Assembly: GCA_046292385.1 (NCBI GenBank)
Contig: JBKBRF010000020.1
Location: forward strand, 52,090 to 116,089
DNA from: Armatimonadota bacterium
Lineage (GTDB): Bacteria > Armatimonadota > SYMT01
Direction: 5' to 3'
DNA: 64,000 nucleotides
Shown here: positions 38,099-47,676 of the stretch, one piece after another
Numbering within the stretch: position 1 is the first letter of the stretch
Layout of the letters: the number at the start of each line of letters is the position of its first letter
Program-made: the position numbers and the translations under genes
Notes under the pieces: model-generated
Told to the model about the DNA's origin: nothing
Seen by the model: the letters and a program-made list of their open reading frames with translations, nothing else
Databases searched by the model: none

Positions 38099-39499
38099 CT
38101 ATGATACCCGTGCCGCGCGTGCCACGGTGCCGGTGGGGGTGGGGCGGATCTCTCGCAGCCGGAGGCGCACGCCGTGCTTGGGGCGGAGGGAGAGCTGTGC
38201 GTCGAGCTCCAGCGGGGGCTCGCCGACGGGGAGGCTGACCTCGAACCGCTGCAGCAGGGTGATCAGCACCAGCTGCGCCTCCGCCAGGGCGAACTGGCTG
38301 CCGATGCACTTCCTGGGCCCGCCACCGAACGGAAAATAGGCGAACCGGTGCCGCTCCGGGGCCCGCTCCGGGTCGAAGCGCTCCGGCTGGAACCGGTCCG
38401 GTTCCGGCCAAAGGTCCGGGCGGCGGTGGATCACCCAGGCGCAGGGGGTGGCGTACCCGCCCGCGGGGATGCGGTAGCCGCCGATCTCGTCGTCCTGAAT
38501 CGCCTGCCGGGAGAGCGCCCAGACCGTCGGGTAGAGTCGCAGCGTCTCCTCCACCACCATCCGCGCATACGGGATCCGCGCCAGGTCGTCCCAGGTGGGG
38601 CGCCGGCCGCCCAGCGCACGGTCGATCTCCGCGCGCAGCTTCTCCTGCATGTGCGGGTGCATCGCGAGCAGGTACCAGACCCAGGAGAGGGTGACGGCGG
38701 TCGACTCATGTCCCGCCATCAGCATCGTCATCACCTCGTCGCGCAGCTCGAGGTCGCTCATTCCCTCGCCGGTCTCTTCGTCCCGCGCCTGCAGGAATAG
38801 AGTCAGCACGTCGTGGCGCTCCGCCGCCTCGGCGGGGGCGGCACGCCGCTCCCGGATGATGCCGTAGACCACGTCATCCAGCAGCCGCCGCGCCCGCCAG
38901 AACTTCCGGTTGCGCGGGGTGGGGAGGGAGCGCGGGTAGAACGGCCGGTACATCCGGTGGGTGATGTGATCGCGGGCGACGTCGACCGCCCACTCGATCT
39001 CACCCGGATCGCGTCCTAGCTCGACGCCGAAGAGGGTGCGCGCCGCGATCCGGAGGGTCAGGCGGAGCATCTCCGGCACGACGTCGACCGCTGCCCCGCT
39101 ACGGGCGCGCTCGCTCCACTCCTCGGCCAGGTCGGCGGCGTCCTCCACTATCACGCCGGCCAGCGCGGCGATCCGCTGCCGGTGGAAGGCAGGCTGCGCG
39201 AGCCGCCGCTGCCGCTGCCAGAAGCTCCCCTCGCTGGTGACCAGGCCGTTGCCGTCCAGTACCTCGAACTGGGCGTTGACCAGGCCCTTTCGGTAGCCCT
39301 TATGGTTGTGCGCCAGCACCTGCTCCGCGCCGTCCGGGTGGAAGAGGAGGTAGTAGAGCAGCGGGCCGCCGAGGCCGACCCGCACCACGTCGCCGAACTG
39401 CCGGTGCAGCCGCGGAAAGACCTCCAGGGGCCGCTCCCTCGCCTCGCGCATCAGCCCCATCGCGGCGAAACCGTGGATCCCCGGGGGAAGCTGTGCCAT
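38099..39499 (-). CDS. Cytochrome P450
   Basis: AGHEST I-helix, EETLR (ExxR), PERF and heme motif FGGGPRKCIG. Confidence 0.97.
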   Translation of the reverse strand: MAQLPPGIHGFAAMGLMREARERPLEVFPRLHRQFGDVVRVGLGGPLLYYLLFHPDGAEQVLAHNHKGYRKGLVNAQFEVLDGNGLVTSEGSFWQRQRRLAQPAFHRQRIAALAGVIVEDAADLAEEWSERARSGAAVDVVPEMLRLTLRIAARTLFGVELGRDPGEIEWAVDVARDHITHRMYRPFYPRSLPTPRNRKFWRARRLLDDVVYGIIRERRAAPAEAAERHDVLTLFLQARDEETGEGMSDLELRDEVMTMLMAGHESTAVTLSWVWYLLAMHPHMQEKLRAEIDRALGGRRPTWDDLARIPYARMVVEETLRLYPTVWALSRQAIQDDEIGGYRIPAGGYATPCAWVIHRRPDLWPEPDRFQPERFDPERAPERHRFAYFPFGGGPRKCIGSQFALAEAQLVLITLLQRFEVSLPVGEPPLELDAQLSLRPKHGVRLRLREIRPTPTGTVARAARVS

Positions 39500-39617
39500 T
39501 CCGCTCTCCTGCCGAGTCCGGTGCCCGGCCCGGGCGGCCGAGCGGGTGCTCAGCGCAAGACTATCGCCCGTCTCTCCGGCTCGACAACCGGTTGTGAAAA
39601 AACTCTCAAGCTGCGAG

Positions 39618-41420
39618 TCAGGCGAGGACGGAGGCGGCGAGATTCGGGGGAACGGTGCCGTCGGGGCTCCACTCGCGGAGCGCGTAGTAGGCGTCGAGGA
39701 GACGGTCGAGATCGGCGCGGGTGAGCGCGTCTCCCGCGCGGGGCCCGTCGTGGACCGCCTCCTGCAGGAGGCGGGGTGGAAGCGTGTCGTCGGCGCGGGT
39801 CGCGTCTTCGCGCTGGTTGTAGAGTCGCTTGAGGCTCACGGTGCGGGAGCCAGCGGCGCGCAGCTCCGGTCCGTCCACCGCCCAGCCGGTCACCAGCTCC
39901 AGGAGCCGCGCGCTCTCGCCGTAGAAGTCGTCAAAGCAGCGGCGGAGGAACTTGCAGAGGCCGAGACCGTCCATCACCGCCGCGCGGTCTTCCGCGTCGA
40001 GCGCGCTGCGGGCGAGCGCTTCGGCGTCGGGAAGCTCCTCTCCCAGGCGCGCGAAGTCCGCATCGTAGGCGCTGGAGCGGTTGTGGCAGGCGCCGCGGGC
40101 GCCGACCGCCAGCCCGAGGGCGAGCGACTTCAGCGCCCGCGGCTCGTAACCGGGGAGCTCCAGCCCCTTGACCTGCATCGACCAGCGGTCCGAGCCGCAC
40201 CCCACTCGCGCGGCGGCGCGGAGAGAGCCGTCTGCCAGGAGCTCCCCCAGCGGGCCTTCCCGGTGGCCGATCCGCCGGATCGCCTCCAGCACGGCCCCGC
40301 TGTTCCCGAAGCGGAGGTCGAGGCCGTCGAGCCGCTCCGGTCCGAGCACGCCTCGCTCCACGCTCTCCATCGCCCAGGCGAGCGTGCCGCCGAGACTGAG
40401 GGTGTCGAGCCCGAGCGAATCGGCGAGCCCGGCGGCTTGCAGCACCGTCTCGCGGTCGTCCAGCCCCAGCAGCGGCCCGAGCGCGAAGAGCGACTCGTAC
40501 TCCGCCCGCACGGCGGCGCCCCCGGGAGCCGGCGCGTAGCGGTGCTCGCACCCGATCGTGCAGCCGTAGCAGCCGGAGCGCTCGACCGCGCCTCCCCGGG
40601 CGAGCGCTTCGCCGGTGAGGCGCGCGGCGCCGGGGAAGACCGCCTGCTGGAAGTTGCGGGTGGGGAGGACCCCGACGCGGTCGAAGGTGAGCAGATTGCC
40701 GGAGGTGCCGAGGAGCCGGTACTTCGCCGTCTCCGGTCCCCGGCTGCGCTCCCGGAGTGCGGCAGCAGCTTCGAGAAGTCCCGCCGCGTCGGCGGGCTCC
40801 AGCCGGCGCTCCCCGGCAACGGCAATCGCCTTGAGATTCTTCGCGCCCAGCACCGCGCCGAGCCCGGTGCGGCCCGCGTGCCGGCCGTCGTGGCTGACGG
40901 TGGCGTACCGCACCCGGCGCTCCCCCGCGGGACCGATCGCCGCCACCTGGAAACGGCTGCCGAGCGAGGCGCGGACCGCCTGCTCCGTCTCCGCGGTGCT
41001 CAGCCCGGCCAGCTCCGGGGCGGGGACGATGCGGATCTCACCTTCCTCCACCGCGAGCACGGAGAGGCGGGGCAGCGCGCCGAGGATGACCAGACCGTCC
41101 CAGCCGGTGCGCTTGAGCGCGACGGCGAAGCGGCTGGAGACGAGCGATTCTCCCAGGAACCCGGTCTGCGGGGAGCGGGTCGAGAAACAGGCCCGCGAGC
41201 TGGTGGTGACGCCGGTGTCAACGAGCGGCGAGGTGGCCAGGACGAGCGCGTTCTCCGCGCTGAAAGGGTCGACGCCCGCCGGGGTGTGGCGGTAGAGCCA
41301 GCGCGCGGCGAGGCCGGGGCCGCCGAGAAGCGCCCGCGCTTCTCGTTCTCGCAAGGAACATACCGTGCGGTCTCCGCGGTCGATCTCCAACAATAAGTAG
41401 CGGCCGTGATATCCCGGCAT
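39618..41420 (-). CDS. Aldehyde:ferredoxin oxidoreductase family (W/Mo pterin)
   Basis: IGPAGE, GRTGLGAVLGAKNLKAI, CYGCTIGC, EYES, GLDTLS, VKGLELPGYEPR and RGACH. Confidence 0.92.
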   Translation of the reverse strand: MPGYHGRYLLLEIDRGDRTVCSLREREARALLGGPGLAARWLYRHTPAGVDPFSAENALVLATSPLVDTGVTTSSRACFSTRSPQTGFLGESLVSSRFAVALKRTGWDGLVILGALPRLSVLAVEEGEIRIVPAPELAGLSTAETEQAVRASLGSRFQVAAIGPAGERRVRYATVSHDGRHAGRTGLGAVLGAKNLKAIAVAGERRLEPADAAGLLEAAAALRERSRGPETAKYRLLGTSGNLLTFDRVGVLPTRNFQQAVFPGAARLTGEALARGGAVERSGCYGCTIGCEHRYAPAPGGAAVRAEYESLFALGPLLGLDDRETVLQAAGLADSLGLDTLSLGGTLAWAMESVERGVLGPERLDGLDLRFGNSGAVLEAIRRIGHREGPLGELLADGSLRAAARVGCGSDRWSMQVKGLELPGYEPRALKSLALGLAVGARGACHNRSSAYDADFARLGEELPDAEALARSALDAEDRAAVMDGLGLCKFLRRCFDDFYGESARLLELVTGWAVDGPELRAAGSRTVSLKRLYNQREDATRADDTLPPRLLQEAVHDGPRAGDALTRADLDRLLDAYYALREWSPDGTVPPNLAASVLA

Positions 41421-41603
41421 GGTGGTGGCGGTGAGCCGGAGTCGGCGCAGCGGCGCTGCTGGTCCAGTGAGCGGCTGCCTCACACTCACCTGTACAATCC
41501 GTTCGCCACTATGATACCTGATTCAGGGCTTTTACACGCGGACCGGGCCCTCCACGTCGCCCCCGAGGCGGGGGAAGGGCTCCTCTGTTCGCGCGAGTGT
41601 TTT

Positions 41604-42605
41604 ATGTCGGAACCGCTTCGGATCGGGTTAATCGGCTGTGGACCCCGCGGGCTCCGTGGGCATGTCCCCGGAATCCGGGAGTGTTCCGACGCCTCACTGG
41701 TGGCAATCTGCGACCGCGACGCCGAGCTGGCGAACCGCACCGCCGCGGAGCTGGGCGCCACCGGCTACGCGGACCACCGGGCGATGCTGGCGCATCCGGA
41801 CCTCGAAGCCGTCGTGATCGTCACGGCGACTCCGCACCACTCTGCGCTGGCGATGGCCGCGCTGGAGGCCGGCAAACACGTGCTGCTGGAAAAGCCGATG
41901 GCCACCTCTGTGGACGAGGCGATCGAGCTGCAGCGGCGCGCGCAGAACATGGGGCTGATCGGCGCCATCGGCTACCAGTACCGCTTCTATCCCGGCCTCT
42001 GCTGGCTGGTGGAGCAGGGACGGCGGCTGGAGGCGGTCCAGGCGCTGATCAATCGTCCGCGCGGCATGCTGGCGAGCAAGTACCTGGCGCCGGGACCGGA
42101 CCAGGGCGTTCTCGACTACATCTCGCACGACCTCGACCTCGCCATGTGGCTGATGGGCGGCCCGCCGCTCTACGTCACCGCGGTGCTCCAGCAGGGCCTT
42201 TACAGCGATACCGGCGCGTACGAGAACGCCTCGATCCTGCTCGAGTTCGAAGGGCGCCGCACCGTGACGGTGCAGAGCACCATCTGCGCGGGCGGCCTGG
42301 CGACCCGCTTCGAGGTGATCGGCCGCCACGGTTCCGCCGGCTTCTCCGGGGAGGAGGGAGTCCTGGCGCGACAGGTGCCGGATCCCACGATGTACACCGG
42401 CTACCGCTCCGAGGTGGAGCACTTCGACCTGCCCGGCGACACCGGGCTTGCCGCCACCGCCGCCATGCACGCCGCCTTCGCCCGTGCCGTGCGGACCGGA
42501 CACTTCGGGACGCTGGCAAGCTTCGAGCACGGGGTCCGCGCCATGCGCCTCCACGAGGCGGTGGTCGAGGCCGATCGCCGCGGCGAGAAGCTCTGCTTCG
42601 AATAG
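41604..42605 (+). CDS. Gfo/Idh/MocA family oxidoreductase
   Basis: IGLIGCG, GKHVLLEKPM and DYISHDLD. Confidence 0.9.
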   Translation: MSEPLRIGLIGCGPRGLRGHVPGIRECSDASLVAICDRDAELANRTAAELGATGYADHRAMLAHPDLEAVVIVTATPHHSALAMAALEAGKHVLLEKPMATSVDEAIELQRRAQNMGLIGAIGYQYRFYPGLCWLVEQGRRLEAVQALINRPRGMLASKYLAPGPDQGVLDYISHDLDLAMWLMGGPPLYVTAVLQQGLYSDTGAYENASILLEFEGRRTVTVQSTICAGGLATRFEVIGRHGSAGFSGEEGVLARQVPDPTMYTGYRSEVEHFDLPGDTGLAATAAMHAAFARAVRTGHFGTLASFEHGVRAMRLHEAVVEADRRGEKLCFE

Positions 42606-42683
42606 CCGCGCGTACCCCTACGCGTGCAGCAAACCCGCCGTTCGCCGGCGACTGCTTGTCCTCGGCGCCTTTCCGGCGGAATA

Positions 42684-44486
42684 ATGGTCCAAATGCCGAC
42701 TGAGTGCCGAATCCGTGTCCTCGAAGAGGAAGTCGCGAACAAGATCGCGGCGGGCGAGGTGGTGGAGCGGCCCTTTTCGGTGGTGAAGGAGCTAGTGGAG
42801 AACGCGGTCGACGCCGGCGCCACCCGGATCACGGTAGAGGTGGAGGACGGCGGCAAGCGCCTGATCCGCGTTTCCGACAACGGCTGCGGCATGACGGCGC
42901 AGGAGGCGGTCCTCGCGCTGCAGCGGCACGCCACCAGCAAGATCAGCCGGGCGGAAGACCTTGCCTCCGTGCGCAGCCTCGGATTCCGGGGAGAGGCGCT
43001 CCCCAGCGTCGCCAGCGTCTCCCGCCTCACGCTCGTCACCCGCCCGCGCGGGGGGCTGGAGGGAATCCGCCTCGAGGCGGAGGCGGGCGAGATCCGGGAG
43101 CTGGAGCCGGCGGCGGCGGCGGAAGGCTCCGTCATCACCGTCCGCGACCTCTTCTACAACACCCCCGCCCGCCTGAAGTTCCTCAAGACGACGCGGACCG
43201 AGCTGGCGCAGATCTGCGACGCGCTGAGCCGCCTGGCACTCTCGCAGCCGGGAATCGCGGTGCGGCTCAGCTCGGAAGGGGAGGAGATCCTCCACTCGCC
43301 CGGCTCGCCCGAGCCGCTCAACACCGTGGTGGCGCTCTACGGCGGCGACGTCGCCCGCGAGCTGGTGCCGGTGGCGCACAGCCGGCCCGGGCTGGCGGTA
43401 GAGGGGTACGTCTCCCGGCCGACCTACACGCGGCCCACCCGCAGCGGGCAGGTCTTCTTCGTCAACGGGCGGTGGGTTCGCAACCGCACCCTCACCCACG
43501 CGCTCGACGAGGCGTTCCGCTCCACCATGCCGCCGGGGCGCTTTCCCTTTGCGCTGATCCACGTGGAGATCGACCCGGCGCTGGTCGACGTGAACGTCCA
43601 CCCGACCAAGTCGGAAGTGCGCTTCCTGCGCGACTGGGAGGTCCACCGCGCCGTCTTCGAAGCGATCCGCGAGGCGCTGGGCGCCCCGGGCCCGCTCATC
43701 CCCTCCGAAGGACTGGCGCGGCGCCAGACCCTGACGCCGGAAGAGGTGCAGCATGGTCCGTGGCTGCCGCCGCAGCCGGGAGCGGCCGATCCGTTCGCCG
43801 GGGCCGATCCCGGCGCCAGCGCGGCGGCAGCGCCCGGAACGACGGCTGCCGCGCCGGCCGTGCAGCCCGCGCTGCCGGAGCTGCGGGCACCGGCCCGCAC
43901 CCTGCGCCCGGTCGCGCAGCTCTGGAACAGCTACATCGTGGCGGAGGGTCCGTCCGGGCTGCTGGTGATCGATCAGCACCTGGCCCACGAGCGCGTGCTC
44001 TTCGATCGGATGCGGGCGGAAGCGGCGGAAGGCGCCGGCTCGTCGGGCGGCACGCAGCGCCTGGAGCCGCCCGCCACGCTGCAGCTCGGCCACCGGGAAG
44101 CGCTCGCCGCCTCCGACCTGCTGCCCGAGCTGGCGCGCGCGGGGTTCGAGCTGGAGCCGTTCGGAAAGGACGCCTTCGTGCTCCGTGCCGCGCCCCGGTT
44201 CGTCCCCGCGGCGGGCGCGGCGGCGCTGCTGCGGCAGCTCCTCGATCAACTCATCGAGGACCGGCGCAGCGGCGGCGAGGCGAAGGTCGGCGTCCCGGAG
44301 CGGATCGCCGCCGGCGCCGCCTGCCGCGCCGCGGTGAAGAAAGGCGCTCCGCTGGGCCGGGAAGAGATGGCGCAGCTCCTGCGGGACCTGGAAGCGGCCA
44401 CCGACCCGCACACCTGCCCCCACGGCTGTCCGATTGCCATCGAGATCAGCTATCAGGAGCTTCTCAAGCGGTTCAAACGGATATAA
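42684..44486 (+). CDS. mutL: DNA mismatch repair protein MutL
   Basis: IAAGEVVERP, RHATSK, GFRGEAL, DVNVHPTK, DQHLAHER, ACRAAVK and CPHG. Confidence 0.97.
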   Translation: MVQMPTECRIRVLEEEVANKIAAGEVVERPFSVVKELVENAVDAGATRITVEVEDGGKRLIRVSDNGCGMTAQEAVLALQRHATSKISRAEDLASVRSLGFRGEALPSVASVSRLTLVTRPRGGLEGIRLEAEAGEIRELEPAAAAEGSVITVRDLFYNTPARLKFLKTTRTELAQICDALSRLALSQPGIAVRLSSEGEEILHSPGSPEPLNTVVALYGGDVARELVPVAHSRPGLAVEGYVSRPTYTRPTRSGQVFFVNGRWVRNRTLTHALDEAFRSTMPPGRFPFALIHVEIDPALVDVNVHPTKSEVRFLRDWEVHRAVFEAIREALGAPGPLIPSEGLARRQTLTPEEVQHGPWLPPQPGAADPFAGADPGASAAAAPGTTAAAPAVQPALPELRAPARTLRPVAQLWNSYIVAEGPSGLLVIDQHLAHERVLFDRMRAEAAEGAGSSGGTQRLEPPATLQLGHREALAASDLLPELARAGFELEPFGKDAFVLRAAPRFVPAAGAAALLRQLLDQLIEDRRSGGEAKVGVPERIAAGAACRAAVKKGAPLGREEMAQLLRDLEAATDPHTCPHGCPIAIEISYQELLKRFKRI

Positions 44487-44503
44487 TCGCCCGGGAGGCT
44501 GCG

Positions 44504-44947
44504 ATGAGTATTCCGGACCGGCTGTGGCGTGTAGTAAAGGGGCACTGGTCGATCGCGACCCAGCGCGTGAGCGAGCTCGAGGCGCAGGCGGCGGCCTACC
44601 AGGAGCTTGCCGACGCGCTGAAGCAGTCGCCGCCGGTCCCCGCCTCCACCGCGCCGGACGGCTCCCGCGTGCTGCCGCCCACGCCGCCGCCGACCCCGAT
44701 GACCAACACGCACGACCCGCTGGAAGCCTGCTACACGCTGCTCCAGCTCAACCCCGGCGCGGACCTCGCGACCGTGGAGCGCGCTTACCAGGCCCGCCTG
44801 GCGGAGTGGCAGCCGGACCAGTACCGGCCGGGCACGCCGGAGCGCGCCGCCGTGGAGAGCCGCCGCACCGCCATCCAGGCGGCGTACGACAAGCTCCGCG
44901 ACGCGCTGAATCCGGTCGAGACCCGTTTCGAGCGCCTCGAATTCTGA
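44504..44947 (+). CDS. Small protein with C-terminal J-domain-like region
   Basis: YTLLQLNPGADLATVERAY...WQPD...IQAAYDKL; GGAGG SD before the ATG at 44504. Confidence 0.75.
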   Translation: MSIPDRLWRVVKGHWSIATQRVSELEAQAAAYQELADALKQSPPVPASTAPDGSRVLPPTPPPTPMTNTHDPLEACYTLLQLNPGADLATVERAYQARLAEWQPDQYRPGTPERAAVESRRTAIQAAYDKLRDALNPVETRFERLEF

Positions 44948-44963
44948 TCCGGCCGCCGGCGCG

Positions 44964-45173
44964 CTAGCGCTGGCCGAGCAGCTTTTCCTGGTTGGCCAGG
45001 ATCCGCTCCTGGTTGCCGAGGATGCGGTTCAGCTTTTCCTGGTTCGCCTGGATCGTCGCCTGGTTCTCCAGAATCACCGCCTGATTCTGCTGAATCGCCT
45101 GCTGGTTCTCCTGGATGGTCCGCTGGTTCTCCAGGATCTCTTGCTGATGCGCCAGGGTGGCGTCGCCGGACAT
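44964..45173 (-). CDS. 69-aa coiled-coil microprotein (IxxNQxx heptads)
   Basis: AAGGAGG SD upstream of the ATG at 45173; seven IxxNQxx repeats. Confidence 0.8.
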   Translation of the reverse strand: MSGDATLAHQQEILENQRTIQENQQAIQQNQAVILENQATIQANQEKLNRILGNQERILANQEKLLGQR

Positions 45174-45534
45174 GTCGGTTCCCTCCTTACCTGCTCGTCG
45201 TCGTGGGGGCAAGCAAGGTCCCCTCGGAGATGATGCCGGGAAAGCAGGGTGGGCTACCGTGAAGAGTTGTTAACCCGGGATGTCGGGCGGGCTATATCCG
45301 AAGCAGCGGCATACCTCCCCCGGTGGGGAGGCTGAGATAGGCTGATATGGTTTGGATCGGTGTGGGTCTCGACCCTTGTTCCGGACCACTGCGCCGTAGG
45401 GGCACCGGCGCGGCCGTGAGGTAGAATAGGATTCGCGAGACCGGCCCTACCGGGAACGGCTCCGGAGTGGCCGCGCTGCGGCTGACAAGCGTCGACTCGC
45501 CCCCGGCGCGCGGTACCGGTCTTTACAGGCAAGT

Positions 45535-46488
45535 ATGGATAATCAAGAGCTCCTCCGTCTCTACCGCCAGATGCTGGTGATCCGCCGCTTCGAAGACCGC
45601 TCCGCGGTGGCGTACCGGCAGGACAAGGTGGGCGGTTACCTGCACGTCTACATCGGCCAGGAGGCGGTGGCCTGCGGCCTGATCTCGGTCCTCAAGCCCG
45701 GGGACGTGGTGATCGACTCCTACCGGGACCACGGTCACTTCATCGCCTGCGGCGGCGGCATCCGCGAGGGGATGGCCGAGCTCTACGGCAAAGACACCGG
45801 CTGCTCCCGCGGTAAGGGCGGCTCCATGCACCTCTTCAGCAAGGAGCACGGCTTCTACGGCGGCAGCGGCATCGTCGGCGCCGGTATCGGGATGGGCGCC
45901 GGCCTCGGCTTCGCCATCAAGTACCGGAAGCAGGACAACGTCTGCCTCTGCTTCTTCGGCGACGGCGCCGCGCAGACCGGGCTGTTCCACGAGACGATGA
46001 ACATGGCGTCGCTCTGGAACCTGCCGGTGGTCTTCATTATCGAGAACAATCTCTACGCGATGGGCACCTCCGTGGAGCGCGCCTCGTCCGAGACCGAGCT
46101 CTACAAGCGCGCCGCCGGCTACAAGATGGAAGGCGAGCGGGTGGACGGGATGGACCTCTTCGCGGTCCGCGAGGTGGCGGAGCGGGTGATCCCGCAGGTG
46201 CGCGAGACCCAGCGCCCGGTGCTGCTGGAGGCGATCACCTACCGCTACCGCGGTCATGGCGCCGCCGACCCGGGTACCTACCGCACCAAGGAAGAAGTGG
46301 ACGAGTGGCGGAAGCGCGATCCGATCGGGGTCGTGGAAGCGAAGCTGATCGAGCGCGGCGCCATCACCGAGGCGGACGTGGAGAAGATCCACGCCGAGGT
46401 GCAGGCGGAGGTGGAGGACTGCCTCAAGTTCGCGGACGAGAGTCCGTGGCCTGCGCCGGAGTCCCTGTACGAGCACGTCTACGCATAG
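45535..46488 (+). CDS. pdhA: Pyruvate dehydrogenase E1 alpha
   Basis: GYLHVYIGQEA, GKGGSMH, TPP motif FFGDGA...ENN and YRYRGH. Confidence 0.95.
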   Translation: MDNQELLRLYRQMLVIRRFEDRSAVAYRQDKVGGYLHVYIGQEAVACGLISVLKPGDVVIDSYRDHGHFIACGGGIREGMAELYGKDTGCSRGKGGSMHLFSKEHGFYGGSGIVGAGIGMGAGLGFAIKYRKQDNVCLCFFGDGAAQTGLFHETMNMASLWNLPVVFIIENNLYAMGTSVERASSETELYKRAAGYKMEGERVDGMDLFAVREVAERVIPQVRETQRPVLLEAITYRYRGHGAADPGTYRTKEEVDEWRKRDPIGVVEAKLIERGAITEADVEKIHAEVQAEVEDCLKFADESPWPAPESLYEHVYA

Positions 46489-46581
46489 CCTTTTGGAAGC
46501 GCCCCCGCCGCCAGCGATGGCCGGGGGCGTCGCTCCGGTCCGGGCCGTTCCGGCCGCTGATACAGAGTAGCGAGCAGATAA

Positions 46582-47676
46582 ATGCCGGTCATTACCTATC
46601 GCGAAGCGCTGCGCCTGGCGCTCATCGAGGAGATGGAGCGCGACCCCGAAGTGTTCGTCATCGGGGAGGAAGTGGCGCAGTACCAGGGCACCTTCCGCGT
46701 GACGGAAGGGCTGCTGGACCGCTTCGGTCCGGAGCGCGTCATCGACACGCCGATCTCGGAAGAAGGCTTCACCGCCATCTCCGTCGGCGCGGCGATGATG
46801 GGGCTCAAGCCGGTGGTCGAGTTCATGACCATCAACTTCAGCATCCGCGCGCTCGACGCGATCGTGAACCACGCCGCGAAGAACTACTACATGTCCGGGG
46901 GCCAGTTCCCCTGCAACATGGTGATCCGCGGCCCCAACGGAAAGGGCGAGCAGCTCGCCGCGCAGCACAGCCACGCGCTGGAAGCCTGGTTCATGCACAT
47001 GCCGGGCCTCAAGGTGGTGCTGCCCTCCACCCCGGCCGACGCCCGCGGGCTGCTGAAGGCCGCGATCCGCGACCCGAACCCGGTCGTCTTCCTGGAGCAC
47101 GCCGCCCTTTACAACCTGAAGGGCGAGGTGAGCGACGAGGAGCATGTCGAGCCGCTCGGCAAGGCGGTGGTGCGCCGCAAGGGCGAGCACGTCACGCTGA
47201 TCAGCTATTCCCGCATGGCGCAGGTCTGCGAGAAGGCGGCCGAGGAGCTGGCGAAGGAGGGGATCGAGGCGGAAGTGCTCGACCTCCGGTCGCTGCTCCC
47301 GATCGACGATGAGCGGCTGGCCGAAGCGGTGGCGAAGACGCACCGCGCGGTGGTGGTGACCGAAGCGTCCCGCACCGGCAGCGCCGCCTCCGAGATCACC
47401 GCGCGGATCCAGGGGCTGGTCTTCGACGAGCTGGACGCCCCGGTGGAGCTGGTGAACGGTCCGGACACCCCGCTGCCGTATTCCCGGCCGCTGGAGCGCC
47501 TCTGGGCGCCGGATGAGAATTCGATTATCGAAGCGGCCAAGCGCACCCTGTGGCGCCGGCCTGGCTCCTCGAGTGTAGCGATAGGGAGAGCGATTCATGC
47601 CGCAGCTGTTGATGCCGAAAATGGGCGAGGCGATGGAGGAAGGCACCATCGTCCGCTGGCTCAAGAGCGAAGGTGA
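46582..47676 (+). CDS. pdhB: Pyruvate dehydrogenase E1 beta (3' end suspicious)
   Basis: DTPISE, VEFMT, AAQHS and DLRSL; the ORF runs 80 nt into pdhC. Confidence 0.92.
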   Translation: MPVITYREALRLALIEEMERDPEVFVIGEEVAQYQGTFRVTEGLLDRFGPERVIDTPISEEGFTAISVGAAMMGLKPVVEFMTINFSIRALDAIVNHAAKNYYMSGGQFPCNMVIRGPNGKGEQLAAQHSHALEAWFMHMPGLKVVLPSTPADARGLLKAAIRDPNPVVFLEHAALYNLKGEVSDEEHVEPLGKAVVRRKGEHVTLISYSRMAQVCEKAAEELAKEGIEAEVLDLRSLLPIDDERLAEAVAKTHRAVVVTEASRTGSAASEITARIQGLVFDELDAPVELVNGPDTPLPYSRPLERLWAPDENSIIEAAKRTLWRRPGSSSVAIGRAIHAAAVDAENGRGDGGRHHRPLAQERR

